A stretch of DNA of 64,000 nt from Callorhinchus milii (GCF_018977255.1 NW_024704743.1:80106001-80170000), one strand, 5' to 3'; numbered from the stretch's first letter, positions 37,521-51,050 are shown. Notes: generated by a model from the letters alone, not told the origin. Numbers and translations are program-made.

Positions 37521-38549
37521 CGAAAATGTATGTACAGGAACCATGTTCACGTACGGTGCACATTGGGTCCTCTTGCTTGGAAGGCGAGTACTCTAATTAC
37601 TAAGCTACAGAACTCAACAAATATAATTATTCTTTATCTTTTTTCATTCATGGGAAATGTATAACAAGTTCTGAAACGCGGCAATGGAAATTTTCTAGGT
37701 GTGGATTTATCGTACTTGCTTGACTACAAAGTACACAGTCACTACACTTTACAGTAAATCCTGTGGAGCACTTTGAAAACATCCTTCCGATGTGAAAGGT
37801 GCTAAATCAAATGCAAGGATTACTGTTATCATGAGTAACTCTGGGTTACCAATCATTGTATTACATCAGATGATGTAACAAAACACACTACTTGACGAAG
37901 TCCATGTGAATGATATTATCCAGAGCTTTAAAACTAATCTGCTTTCATCCTTGCTATGCCAGTGTAATGTTTTCCATTTCCCGATCCGCTCATCCTTAAA
38001 GATCTTCAAATCAAATTGCCAGTTTTGCGTTATAGATTCATATCCACTGGGATTGGGTTGGGACCACCCTGAACTGTTTACTTTGACGGCCACTGGGGAA
38101 AGGGATGTTCCTTCATCCGTCTAAGCAGAATGTTAACCCAAATCTGGGATGTTCAAGATCTAACTCAACCACCTCACTACTGGTACCATTTTTTTAAAGA
38201 AAAATCTATCTGCTTTTTGTCATGGCTAAAAATCTATTTTAAATATTGTTCAACTGTATTTAACCATGAGTCAATGCCTTGTGAGTTAATGTTTTAACAA
38301 AGAAGACATTGGGAGTTTGTATTAAAACTTACCCCAGTTGTTTCTTCGATGACTAGTGTTTGATTAGTCAAATGAATGTCAAACATAAAAGAGTGATTAA
38401 ACAACACAACCGAGGTTTACAAACACACACTAATACAAACATAAGCACAAACACATACATTTACACAGATGCACAAACACATAGATATGCAAAGATAATC
38501 AAACACACACACACAAACTCATAAGCATACAAATACATTTACTGTACGT

Positions 38550-38880
38550 AAAATGTTGTGGGCTCAAGCCCCATGTTGAGACTTTAAACTCACTAGGCTG
38601 ACATGCCAATACAGTGCTGGAAGTGCGCTGATTTGTTGGAGGTACCGTTCTTCGGATGAGACATTAAATCGAGATCCCGTCTGCCTCTTTACTTGCATGT
38701 TAAAGATCCCATAGAACTATTCATAAAGAATACCAATCCCAGATAAGATTGGTCATTCATTTCATGACCGATTATGTGACATGGGTGTGTACAAGTTGCC
38801 TGCTGCATTTGCCTACAATTGCATAGTTACTTTACAGTAAATCTATGAAGCACTTTCAAACATTTTGATGATTTCATAAG
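38550..38880 (+). mobile_element. Deu-domain SINE
   Basis: TTGGAGGTACCGTTCTTCGGATGAGACATTAAATCGAGATCCCGTCTGCC core. Confidence 0.85.
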
Positions 38881-39309
38881 AACAATAATACTTGTCCATT
38901 TGATATAGCGCCTTATCACATTGTTGAGACATCTCGAAGTGCTTCACAGGATATACTGTAAAGTGGAGTGACTGTATATTTTGTGGGCAAAACATGGCAA
39001 CCTAGATTTCTTTATCAAATCTAGGTATTAATATTATCATTATTATTATTATGTCACACATTAAATTATGTTTTTACTAAATCAACAATGGAATCATTCA
39101 GTTTATAATGTCACAGAACGCAAGATGACTTTTGGAAAGCAAGTTAATGAAAACATCACATCATGCGCAGTGTATCCATTTTATTTGTGATCCTTTTCTC
39201 CCAAGTGGGTTCTCCTATAGGTGAGAGAGAAATCAGCCAATAAAATAGAAACTAGCTTCTAAACATAGCTTCTTAGCTTATCTGGTAAGGTGCTTTCTGT
39301 TTTTGTACC

Positions 39310-39680
39310 CTCCATCTGACTTGAAGAGATGTTCCTTTGCTGGGGCGCGGTGTGAGCCTCAACAGTGAGTATCCACAAGTTATTCAACTAGGTCCTCTAA
39401 ACATGAAAGGTATTATATCAAGTGCAGGATTATGATTATTATCATAGCTGAATCCATAATGTCCTGACCTGATGTCCTTCTACATGCACTTTCCAGCAGT
39501 GATCAGTGAACAATGATCAGGAGAGGTTAGCCTGGCTGATTTTTCCTTTCCTTTTCCCAGGAACGTTTGATGCCAATTTCAGCCCCCTAATTGAGATGGG
39601 CTTTGGCACAGATTGAGAACTGATCTTCTAGACAATATGGCTTATCTACCCTTTACCCACAAAGGCCATTAGAAAAGCTC
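39310..39680 (-). mobile_element. AmnSINE2-like ancient SINE remnant
   Basis: GTGAGCCTCAACAGTGAGT, CATGCACTTTCCAGCAG, TGATCAGGAG...CCTGGCTGATTTTTCC. Confidence 0.6.
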
Positions 39681-39876
39681 CAAAGTATAGTACTGTGGAG
39701 TTGTTCTATTTTCTCTTGGAAGAAACTCCTTTGATAATTGCCAAGGCTTGTGGCACACATAGATGATAAAATGCAGTGTTGGGGTTTCATAGCGTTCAAA
39801 CAAGCAGTGACAGGAATGGGGTTGCTTACTCATGGGATTAATTATAGTGTAGAGCAGTAGAGGTGAATACAAAGAT

Positions 39877-39922
39877 GTAGCACTTTATGCAAAGTAGCAC
39901 TTTATGCAAAGTAGCACTTTAT
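39877..39922. repeat. 17-bp tandem repeat (GTAGCACTTTATGCAAA), about 2.7 copies
   Basis: Exact units at 39877 and 39894, partial at 39911. Confidence 0.95.
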
Positions 39923-40539
39923 CTGGGTCATAAGAATAAGGTCAGAGGCAGTCCTCTACTGGCAGATTGTTTGCAGTGCAACACTATGCAAGAACTCCAC
40001 AATAGCAATCCTTGTATCTAATAATAGTGCCTATAATGTTAAAAGGTCTTAAAGGACTTTGCGGAGAATTTCACTAAATTGACTTTGTATTTATTTGGCA
40101 AATGCAGCAACCTGTTTGGACATAGCAATGTCCGACGAAGAGTTCTGAAATAAAAAGCCAACTTCATCTGAATGATGTTGGGCAGGGTGAACAGGAGAAA
40201 TAATTTTCTCTTTTCAAATAGAGTAATGGAATCTTTAACATTTACCTTGGTTGAACATCTCATCCAAAGAATGGCACCTCTGACATTGCATCCCTCCACC
40301 AATTTTGCATTGGAGAGTCAACCTTCACTATGAACCAAAGGGCTCAATGAGGGGCTTAATCCTTGTTCCTCCATACACAACTCATACACAAAGTGAGTTA
40401 TAACCTATAATGTAATTGCAAAAGACCAGGACATAGAACACTGCACAATAAAACCAAATAAATCAATTCTAGATACAGCTGGCACTGTCATTCCTTAATA
40501 TTTATATCATTGCCCATTATCAACAGTGAGAACACAATT

Positions 40540-42155
40540 TTTAACCAAATATTTAACATGGAAACATAAATTTACAGTATACCAAAGGCCATCTGGCACA
40601 TTGTGGATGTGCCCCCATTACCACTTATTTATAAACTGCCCTTTATTATAACCCACTTTCCTGTATTGCTGAATGCTTTTACTTCTCATCTACTAATGCA
40701 ATTTCCTTTTGAATGATTTGATTGTTCCAGCCTCAATAGTCCCTTGTAATGAATTACAAACCCTATCACATCTCCAAGTAAAAAGATCCTTCTACATGCT
40801 CCGACTAGTTACCTTGTTGTACTTAAAAACCATAGACACCTCTGCCATACTCCCCGTCACCCCCTCCCCCTTCTAACAACAACAAGATTACATTTGTAAG
40901 CGCCTTCCATGTCGGGAAGATGTCCCAAGGCACTGGACAGTGTGCAGCATTTCAGACCCGAGCTGGGGTCGGGGGGGGGGGGGGGAGAAGGGAGGGGAGA
41001 GGAAGGGGGGTGGCCAATGGCATGGTCGAAGAGGAGGGTTTTGAGGTGGGACTTGAAGGAGGCTAAGGAGGGGGCGAGGCGGAGTGACTGGGGGATGGAA
41101 TTCCAGAGGTTTGGGGCAGAGTGGCTGAAGGCTCTCCCACCAGTGGTGGGGCGGGTGGGTCGGGGGACGTGGAGCAGGCCGGAGCCGGCTGAGCGGAGGG
41201 AATGAGCGGGTTGATTGGGGGTTAAGAGGTTGGAGAGGTAGGGTGGGACGAGGCCATGGAGGGCTTTGTAGGTGAGGACCAGGATCTTGAACTGAATCCT
41301 CTGAAGGATAGGGAGCCAATGGAGTTGGGCGAGAGTGGGGGTGATGGGGTCACGGAGTTTGGTGCGGGAGAGGACACGGGTGCAGAGTTCTGGATTATCT
41401 GCAGCTGTGGAAGGAGGAGTTGGGAAGGCCGACAAGCAAGGTATTTGCATAGTTGAGCCTGGATGTGATGAAGGCATGAACAAGAGTTTCAGCAGCCTGA
41501 GGGGTGATATCTTCTGTTGCAAAAAGCTCCAATTTAGCCAATTCTCTTGTCACACTTACACTATTTCGCTTACAATATATGCAGTCAATAGACTTTGCAG
41601 TATATTCGGTGAAGCACTTTGAGAAGTCTCGAAGATGTGATAAGGCCCTATATAAAAAGCAAGGATTATTATTATTATTATTATTATCTCATATTATCCT
41701 AATGAATCTGTACTGCATCCTCTCGAGATCTCCAACTCTTGCAATTGTGCACTCAAAATGTACCTAAAAATTCCAACTGTAGCTTAAATGTTCTATATAA
41801 TTCCCACACGACTTCCCTACTTTTACATTCTATACTCTATTTGTAAATTACAGAACCCACTTGCCTTCTTGACAGCTTTTAATACCTGCTGATGCATTTT
41901 AAGTCATTGTACTTGTATCTCCCAGATCTCTCTGCTTCTCCACTCTTTGAGTGTTTTGCCCTTCAGACTACACTTCTGGTCTCAATTCTTTGTTAAAATG
42001 CAATATTTTACATTTAGTATGATTAAACTGTATCTGTCGCTTTATCCATCCATTTACTTGTAACTTATACCATTATCCAAGTCTCACCATTTGCCAATCC
42101 ACCCAATTTAGTGTCATCAGTAAATTTAGATGTAAACTCCACCCAACTTTATGTC
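40540..42155 (-). mobile_element. Old CR1 remnant (about 40540-40830 and 41690-42155) split by L2 and SINE inserts
   Basis: CCCAATTTAGTGTCATCAGTAAATTT (antisense of an FADDTKL-like motif), GACTTCCCTACTTTTACATTC and a CR1-like tail near 40560. Confidence 0.65.
40875..41505 (-). mobile_element. L2 3' fragment
   Basis: ORF 40857-41522 contains RVLSRTKLRDPITPTLAQLHWLP...WNSIPQSLR; (AAC)n tail. Confidence 0.93.
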
Positions 42156-42159
42156 CACA

Positions 42160-43422
42160 TCTGAATGATGAGAGATAAATTCTTCAATTGAATGTCAGCA
42201 AGACCGAGGCTCTCCTGATTGGCTCCGTCAGCGCCTCCACACCTTAGGCACTGACAGCATCACCATCCATGGATGCACACTCCACCTTACTAAGCCAGTC
42301 CAGAACCTTGGGGTCTTGTTTGACCCTCAACTTGTGGAGTCCTGTAGCTCAGTGGTTAGAGCACTCGCTTTGCAAGTGAGAGACCTGAGTTCAATTCCAG
42401 GCAGGGCAAAACCTTGGGAAAGTTTCCTTACTCCACACGCCTAATAATAATCCCTCCAAAACCAAAAACAATAATAAATTGGTCATTTTCAATCTACGAC
42501 TGTTTGTGGGACATTGCTGTGCGCAATTGGCTGCCGCGTTCGCCCACAAATATACAGTCAATTCACTTTACCGTGTGTTCTGTGAAGCGCTTTGGGACGT
42601 CCTCCCGACGTGAAAAGCGCTATATCAAATGCAAGGATTATTATTATTATTATAACTATCCTTTTTATCCCGTGCCATGACCCTCTCTGCTTGACCCGAC
42701 CGCCGCAACATTGCCCGGCTCCGCCACTGGCTCACGCTGCAGGCCTCAATGTAATGAATGCTTGTATGAGGGTTAGCATTGAAATTGTTGTTGAGGAAAG
42801 AATTGAAACCCTCATACACGCATTCATTATATTGAGGCTTGACTATGCAAACTCCTTGCTTGTCAGCTTCGCGAACTCGTCCCTCCATAGGCTGCAGATC
42901 ATCCAGAACTCTGCAGCCCGTGTCCTCTCCCGCACCAGGTTCTGTGACCTTATCACCCATATCCTTGTCTGCCTCCACTGGCTTCCCATCTCTCAAAGGA
43001 TACAGTTCAAGATCCTGGTCCTCACCTTCAAAGCTCACCATGGACTTGCTCCCCCCTACCTCTGCGACCTCCTAACCCCCTACCATCCTGCCCACTCTCT
43101 CCGCTCAGTGGGCTCTGGCCTCCTTCACGTCCCTCGCCTCTCCCACCCCGCCATTGGCGTGCATGCCTTCTGCCACTCTGTCCCTACCTTCTGGAACTCC
43201 ATCCCGCAGTCCCTCTGCCTCGCCCTCTCCCTTGCCTCCTTCAAGACCCATCTCAAGACCCTTCTCTTCAATCATGCTTTCCATCACCCTGCTTCCCCCC
43301 CTTCCCTCCACCCTCCCCAATTCTGATCCCCAGCTCTCGTCCGAAACACTTACTGTCCAGCATCTTGGGATGTCCTCCCAATGTGAAAGGTGCTATACAA
43401 ATGTAATTTTGTTGTTGTTGTT
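42160..43422 (+). mobile_element. L2 3' portion containing a SINE insert and a short inverted duplication
   Basis: ETLIHAFIILRLDYANSLL...HWLP...WNSIPQ frame; (TTG)n tail. Confidence 0.93.
42333..42653 (+). mobile_element. Young tRNA(Ala-like)-headed SINE, full length, TSD AACT
   Basis: A box TAGCTCAGTGG, anticodon-like TTTGCAA, B box AGTTCAATTCC; AACT at 42329-42332 and 42654-42657. Confidence 0.95.
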
Positions 43423-43599
43423 GAGTGACCATTGTAAAAAGAACCAATGGTCACACGTCAGACTTCTAGAGCACTACACTAGTTACATTGTAACTGTTAT
43501 TGATTAGGAATATATTTTCCTGATGATGGATTTCACTATTCCCTTGATTTTTTGGGGCTCCTGCCATTTTATCCATTTTACTAGATTTTATGCCCACCT

Positions 43600-43866
43600 C
43601 TCTGCAAGCAGGAAAGATTCCGCAGGTGCCAATTACCTTCTCCAAGTGGCCATTTACAGGCTATTCAACTGAGTGAAAGTCACGGCCAAGCCTGATCCTG
43701 TCTTCATCCACATGCAACCCTCCCCTCCGCTTCCAGCAAGGGGTCTCTTGATGGTAGAAACTTTGCCACCCGGCTAAGGTCAGCTAACTGAATTCAGAGA
43801 CTTCAAACCTACAATCTTGGTGCTCACTATGGCGTTGCTTCTAATCATTCATCTATTAGGGGAACT
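43600..43866 (-). mobile_element. AmnSINE2-like remnant
   Basis: CCAAGTGGCCATT, CAGGCTATTCAAC, CACGGCCAAGCCTGATCCTGTC, TCAGCTAACT. Confidence 0.6.
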
Positions 43867-45235
43867 GCTGAAGCAATCAATAAATGGCTTCTTGTGTCCC
43901 GCTATGTATAGCTCCTAGTTCTCACTACAACACACACGTTTGTTTTTGGTGCATTTCCTGGCTCATAGTCAATATTTTACTGTTTTGATTCACTTTTCTG
44001 AAATGATTTGACTTTGCGTACACAAACAAGGTTTGTTGTCAGCAATAAAGATTGGTTAGACTGCAAGAAACTAGAATCATTGTTCACGACCTTCTGAAGG
44101 TACATACATGCATGTAAGTTTACTAGTGCTGCCAATAGGAATCATGCCTGTGGCTTATATCAGTTGTAGGAAACAGACAGAGATGCACAGATCTGAACCT
44201 GTCTTAAGTTAAAGTCTAGAGTATGTTTTCAACACAGGATAGTTCTTTTGTTTGCCTACAAACACAGTCTCTACACTTGACAGCAATGATGTGTGAAACA
44301 CTTTGGAATATTTTGATGTTATAAAGCACTATAAAAATCGAATTCTTTCTTTCTTACTTTCCATTTTCATTCTTTGACTCGTTAATATTTTGGCAATGGG
44401 AAACCTCTGGCGTCAGTAAACTTACTGACCTTGGCAACATGTGCATATAATGAATTCTGTTTCTCAAATGCCTGACATTTTTGGGACAGCTTTTTCCCAA
44501 TCACTATAATCTAAATAACAGGGCAGAACTGGAAAAAAAAAGGGTCAGAAGTAAATCTAACTGATATTCAAGTGCTGGACTCTGCTAAATTGATTTAGGT
44601 TGTGATCTATCATGGAAAAGCTATCTTGCTACCACTGAGTGCATGCACAGAATTACATGGAATATTACAGCATGGAAACAAGTTATTTGGCCCAACTTAT
44701 GCATGCTGGTGTTTATACTCCACATGAGCCTCCACCGTTCCTAATCCCCTCTCCAATATCTCTCTGTTCCTTTCTCCCTCATGTATAGAGGGAACTGCAA
44801 AACCTGCAATTTCTAAATGCACTATGCATGTTTTAATTGAGACCAATAAAGGCAACACATTAAGGCCTGAAATTCAACTGTGATTTACAAAGATAATTTT
44901 GTCCTAAAATTGGATCTGTCCCTCAAATACAGTTTATAATGATGTGTATTTGGTTTTCACCTCTAGTTTTCACCTTATTGTGTTCAAAGTTAATAGCATA
45001 AAGGATTGTGGTACTTTCTTCTCGGGGAGCACAGTAGATATGGCTACAGTGTGAATGAGTTGAATAGTTGGCGGTTGAAATGTACACATTGTTGTTTGAT
45101 GTGTAAATATTTGTGTTAAAGCTAGATATGCTTTAGTGAGACTCAGGTTAGTTGTGTACATTCAATAACCACAGGTTATCATTAGGATTGGCAAATTTAC
45201 ATTCCCTACAAAAATGAATGTTGCTCTTCAATAAA

Positions 45236-45592
45236 GGTGTTAGCTTGGTGAGCCGGTTAGCTCTCACCTCTAGTGAGAAGGCTCTGGGTCCAAGTCCCTC
45301 ATTTGTACTTTGAGCTGCACTGAGCTTTTTGTAAAGTCTCAGTCTAAGCTGACACCCCAATGCAGTGCTGGAGGCGCGCTGCACTGTCGGAGGTACCATC
45401 CTTTGGATGAGACATTAAACTGAGGGCACATATACAGGTTCAGGTGGACGTTAAAGATCCCATGGTACTATTTGAAAAGACTAGGCAGTCGTGTTCACCT
45501 ATAATGCACAGTCACTACATTTTATCAGAAAATTCTGATTTGAGATATTTCGATGTGATAATGCACCATATCTAATACAAGGATTATTATTA
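45236..45592 (+). mobile_element. Deu-domain SINE
   Basis: GGAGGTACCATCCTTTGGATGAGACATTAAAC...GGTGGACGTTAAAGATCCCATGG. Confidence 0.85.
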
Positions 45593-46024
45593 AACACAGT
45601 TTGCAGACAATAAGGAACTAGTTTAATGTTGCGCTACATCTTATAAATAGTGTATAATTAAGATATAGCCTGCAACCGTGCTTTATTTCTGTACATTTGT
45701 TTGCAATTTTTAAACAAACTCCCATGTGTTTTTGAATAGCTTGTGATTCTGAAGAGACATTGGTGAAACCTCTGCTCACACTGCATTTGTCTGTACATTT
45801 TGCTTTATGGCTGAAACATGTTTTCCCTTCCCAAACAACATTGATTGGGTATTTTGCAGATCTATTAACATGAGTTCGTGTAAATCGATTCTGCACAATC
45901 TCAGAAATATATGAATTACACACGTCGCTTAGATTTCTTCTTAGCCCGCCATCGAATCGAATTTTGCTATCAGAGATCGAACTCAAGAGTTACATATGAC
46001 ACTGAAACAGGCCAATCGGCCCAA

Positions 46025-46480
46025 TCATACAATACAATACCAAATTACATTTGTATAACGCCTTACATGTCGGTAGGACATCCCAAGGCGCTGGACAGTC
46101 AGGGTTTTGAACCCGGGCTGGGACTTGTGATCATAGAGGGTTGGAGAGCAGTGAGGGTAGGAGGATGGCTGAAGGCACGGTCGAAGAGGAGAGTCTTGAG
46201 AAGTGCCTTGAAGAAGGCAAGGGAGGGAGCGAGCCTAAGGGAATGTGGGATGGAAGCGAGGCCCAACCACCGATTGTGGGCAGGCCAGGTGGGGGACGTG
46301 GAGCCTGCTGACAGCAGGGAGCGGACAGGTTAATAAGGAGTTAGCAGGCCACAGAGGTAGGAATGTTTATGGAGAACCTTGAAGGTGAGGACGAGGATTT
46401 TGAACTCTATGCTCGGAGGGATGGGGAGCCAGTGGAGTTGGACGAGGGTGGGTGTGATGGGGTTATCATTGTGGATAAGG
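46025..46480 (-). mobile_element. L2 3' fragment with (CAATA)n tail
   Basis: PITPTLVQLHWLP...FKILVLTFKVLH frame. Confidence 0.85.
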
Positions 46481-47304
46481 CAGGGCCATGGGATTGAAAG
46501 TACTGCTTGTTCTGAAAGCTGCTGCAGACTCAATGAGCGAAGTGGCCTTCTTCTGCACTGTAAATTTCTATGATTTATAGGTGAAATTGCCTGTTTTTCA
46601 GGCAGGGCGTAGTTACTTTCACCTGCCACTCGCTATACATTCCAGCAGATTCAGGTTCCACCAGAAATTCACCTGTTCCAATCCTCAAGTTAATCGAGGG
46701 GAGAGAAAAAAAAACATGCACTATTTCCACAGCAACAGCTCGTAGATGTGTATAGTTGATTAGCGGCCAGGCATTTTAACTGTTTTTCCATATGCTGATA
46801 TCATCTGCAGTTTATACTTTGCATTGAGGAAACAACTTATTTTCAAATGTTCTGCTAATGAAAACATTTGAATGTAAAGGATGTAACCAACTGTCTTCTG
46901 CTGGCCCTTTGAGTGCTGGCTTAAATAAAGGTGCAATATTTTCTATCACACAATATTTGAAAGAGTGTTCCCTTTGTGCATGTTCCTAACACTGAATACA
47001 GAGGCATTTGGAAACTGTTGCTGGAGGTGTTACAGGTTCTATTCTGTTCCGGTGAGTCTAAATAACAACAACAAGATTTTATATAGTGCACTTTACGGAG
47101 GATAGTGTTTCGGAGTACTGATTAAACGGAGCAGAGTTCTGAAATTACACCTGGTCATTGTAAGAATTGCGCAAAATCGGCTTCCAAATTAAAAAGAAAT
47201 TTAAGAATTTTCCATATACCATATACCTGAGCATCACAGGAATTCTAAAAACTGACCTGAGAAAAAAACAATGGCAGTTTCTGATATTAATCTGTACACT
47301 GCTT

Positions 47305-47712
47305 AAGAAAACCATCACCGAAAGGATTGACTTCATGATCCTCACACTCTTGTTCAAATCCATTCACTCCCTGGCACCTCCCTACCTCTCCAACCTCCTC
47401 CAGCCACCACCCGGCACCTTCGCTCGACTGGCATCAGCCTCCTGCTTGTCCCTCATGCCCTCCACCCCACAATCGGGTGTCGCGCTTTCAGCCCCATACC
47501 CCGGAACTCTGGAACACACTCCCTCAATCCCTCTACCTTGCCCCCTTTCTCCCCTCTTTCAAGTCCCGCCTGAAAACTTTCCTCTTCGGTTGTGCTTATG
47601 GCCATCTCCCCACTCCCCCCCGGCTCACAGTCAGGCTCCGCCACTGTTAAGCTCTCTGAGCTGCTACCCTGCGTGGAGGATGCTATATAGATACAAGTTG
47701 TTGTTGTTGTTC
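47305..47712 (+). mobile_element. L2 3' fragment
   Basis: ERIDFMILTLLFKSIHSLAPPYLSNLL frame; (TTG)n tail. Confidence 0.85.
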
Positions 47713-47744
47713 AGCAGACACTAGATGTGGAGTTACATGTTGTT

Positions 47745-48165
47745 AATAATAATAATTGTTATTTTAATATCTTTGATATAGGGCTTTTTACTTCGGGAAG
47801 ATTCCTAAAGCACTTCAGGTAGTGACTGTTTGTGGGCAAACACAGGAGCCAATTTGCACATAGCAAGGTCCCACAGACAGTCATGAAGCGAATGACTAAC
47901 TTATTTTTATTGGTCTGGGAGACTGTTGGCCAGGACACTGAGAATAACTCCCTTCTCTCTTCGAATAGTGTCATGGGATCTTTAGTGTCCACCTGAACAG
48001 GTAAACAGGATCTCGGTTTAACATCTCATCTAATGGACGGTACCTCCATCAATGCAGCTCACTGCTTTGGAGTATCAGCTTAAATGATATGAGTTCTTAT
48101 TCCTAACATGGGGCTTTAACTCACAACCTTCTGACTTAGATGCTAAGAGCGCAGTCAATTGAGTC
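47745..48165 (-). mobile_element. Deu-domain SINE, near full length
   Basis: Antisense Deu core TTCGAATAGTGTCATGGGATCTTTAGTGTCCACCTGAACAGG. Confidence 0.85.
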
Positions 48166-48261
48166 TGCTCTTCCAAACCATCTTGACTCGACCTCAGCCT
48201 TAGAAGAGCACGGGGCTGTTGGAAAGGAGAAGGACGTTTTTCCCTCATTGCTTCCTTATAA

Positions 48262-48575
48262 TGTGGAGTCCTGTGGCTCAGTGGTTAGAGCACTCGCTTT
48301 GCAAGTGAGAGACCTGAGTTCAATTCCAGACAGAGGGCGAAACCTTGGGCAAGTTTCCTTACTCCACACACCTAATAATAATCCCTCCAAAAAAACAATA
48401 ATAAATTGGTCATTTTCAATCCCCGACTGTTTGTGGGACATTGCTGTGCGCAATTGGCTGCCGCGTTCGCCCACAAATATACAGTCACTTCGCTTTACAG
48501 TGTGTTCTGTGAAGCGCTTTGGGACGTCCTCCCGACGTGAAAAGCGCTATATCAAATGCGAGGATTATTATTATT
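48262..48575 (+). mobile_element. Young tRNA-headed SINE, short form
   Basis: Near-identical to 42333-42653. Confidence 0.95.
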
Positions 48576-51050
48576 AAGGCAAAACGTGACCTCTTTCTCG
48601 TTGATATGATGGGATCTTCTAGACAATCAAGAGACTGGGACATTGACTTTGAAATGCAATCTGGACAATAGCATGGCATCCTAAAAGGCTTGATAAATGG
48701 TCTATTGAGGTTTCTCGAAACACTAAACAGCTATTTGGTTGCCTTGCGTAAGCTGCCAGCGGCAATGCCTGATTTGGCCTAGCTCCATCACCCTCAGTCA
48801 CTGCCTGACATTCATAATTCAAGTTGCCAAACAGAAGCATTGTGAAACGATGTGTTTTTACACAACAGTGTCAAATGCACATCAATGTCATCACGAAGAC
48901 AACAGGTCAGCCTGTGTTCTGTGCATACATGGTACCCTGCTGGAGCGTGCAGGCCTGGCACTAAATAAAGGTAACAGATTCCAGGAAATTAACTGTCTGC
49001 AATTCACGTGTAATTCTTGCCTCTGCTGCTCTACAAGTGCAAATACAGATAACAGTTTGTTATATATGTTATGACTTAGGAACATAGCAATGTACCGCAC
49101 CAGAAAAGACCACCGCAGACCATCACCTACAAACACAGTCACTATATTGTACAGAGAAGCTTCGTGAAGCACACAGAGATATTTCAACATTTGTGCTGTA
49201 TTAAATGCTACATTCATTATTATTTATCTGACAGTCCTAAATAAATAAGTACAATAATCTTACACTATTCTATCTCTCATCTCTAATAGTTGAGTTTTAT
49301 TCACTAAATATTAATTACCTCTTGAATTTTTTGACACAATGTGCTTCTCTCTACCAAGGATGGATTATCGATTCCACATATTCTCCATTCTCTGTGTAAA
49401 TTAATTACATCTAAACTGTTCGCTTTCCCTTTTTTATTATTCTATTATCTGGCTTCAGTATATCTATATCCTTAGGATGCCGAATAACACCAAGAATTCT
49501 CATGTGCCTGAGACAGAATAGTACATAGTACTCCAAGTGGAGTTGGACCAATGCCCTGCATAACTTCAGTACCTCTTTTTGTAACTAACGTCCATTATTT
49601 TATTTATGGACTCCAAAACTTGTTTAACTGTTGGGAACGTGTTGATAGCAGGAAATTTAGCTCAAATGAATGGGGAATTTCAATTGCAATCACTGTCTAT
49701 CCTCATGGTGTTGCTGTAACATTGCTCCACACAATGTCTACTTCCATGTTACCTCCAGACAGCATTCTAAACTACAGAGAGGCAAAGGGCAATATGTCAG
49801 AAGTACTCATCCTTATCATAGTTAAGGTTCTGAGCAATTCAATAGATTTCTGTTTTATCTCTCCTTGCAATTAAAAAAAATGTGAATGTGAAGCAATATG
49901 TTATTACATAAACGACATTCATGTAAAGGCCTGTTATGATTACAATAAGTTCCTATACACGCAACCTGTCGGACCTGCTTTCTTTTGACAGCATTTGCAC
50001 TCATTTCACTGGGTGAGTTTCAATAACTTTCCTTCCATCCATTGTGTTGAATATAAAGGATGAATAAAACTTGCACTTGCTTTAAACTTAATGCTCTTCT
50101 TGCTATGGTTATTTGGGTTCTGGGACGCTGCCCTGCATGAGGGGCATGATATAAATACAAGTTGTTGTTGTTGGGGATGGACAAGCATACAACAAGGATT
50201 GCTCTAAATGAACCATTCCGTGCAGGAAGGTTACAATCAGTATCTAGCAAACACTAAATAAGAGTTGAAACAACAGCATTGGTTTGTATTCCAATACAGT
50301 TGAATTGAGGAGCAGGATGTACACTTGTGTAATATGAGGAATATAAAGATACTAGAGAACAGCAAAGAACAGGATTAACTTTGTCCCTTTTTGTGGTTTA
50401 AGGTATGCCTGTTGGTTGTTGAGGAGTGACTGAAAAGTATCTAGCACATGTACTGACTTGTTGAAGGCTTGTTGCATTTCATTTCTGTCAACAATAGGAT
50501 TTTATACTTGGTTGAAGACATGAAGGGTGAGAAACCAGTAATGTGAGCTATCAGGGTTGTTAATGAATGGAAAAGATTGATAACTCAGTTTAAAATTGCA
50601 TTGAAGGCTTCACACAATGGACAAGAAGGTGTGCACACTAACATGCTGTGATGGCTTTGGCATAAGATGAAGAATGGTAAAACCTCTGGCATATGTAAGC
50701 TTATTTAGTTTTTAACCACTTACATGCTTTAATATAACTTTTTCAATTAGATTTAGCACCATTTATACTTGTACAATTCACTCTCAGCCATTTCTTTTCA
50801 GCCTGAAGAATCCTTCATCTAACATTGAGGACCATATTGATTGCTGTCCTCTGTACTAACTCAAGGTTGACATAACAGAACTGAAAAGAGAGTACTGTAG
50901 GGGCTGGAAAATTGTCAAAGTCTAAAACTAGGCAGTGTTGGACAACAACAACAAAATCACATTTATATAGTGCCTGGCACATTGGGAGGATGTCCCAACA
51001 GCTCCAATATGAATCCTGGGGATCTCCATCCCCGGTTTTAGTCATAGATT

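Noticed and set aside
37900..38180. Possible LF-SINE-like remnant on the minus strand
   Set aside because: Similarity is too degraded to support without an HMM search
42336..42410. tRNA-Ala(TGC)-like sequence with A and B boxes
   Set aside because: No acceptor-stem pairing; it continues directly into a SINE body and recurs many times, so it is a SINE head and not a tRNA gene
45618..45986. 122-aa ORF in unique DNA (also 34851-35219, 18419-18643 and 13280-13561)
   Set aside because: No recognisable domain or supporting splice structure; lengths are compatible with chance
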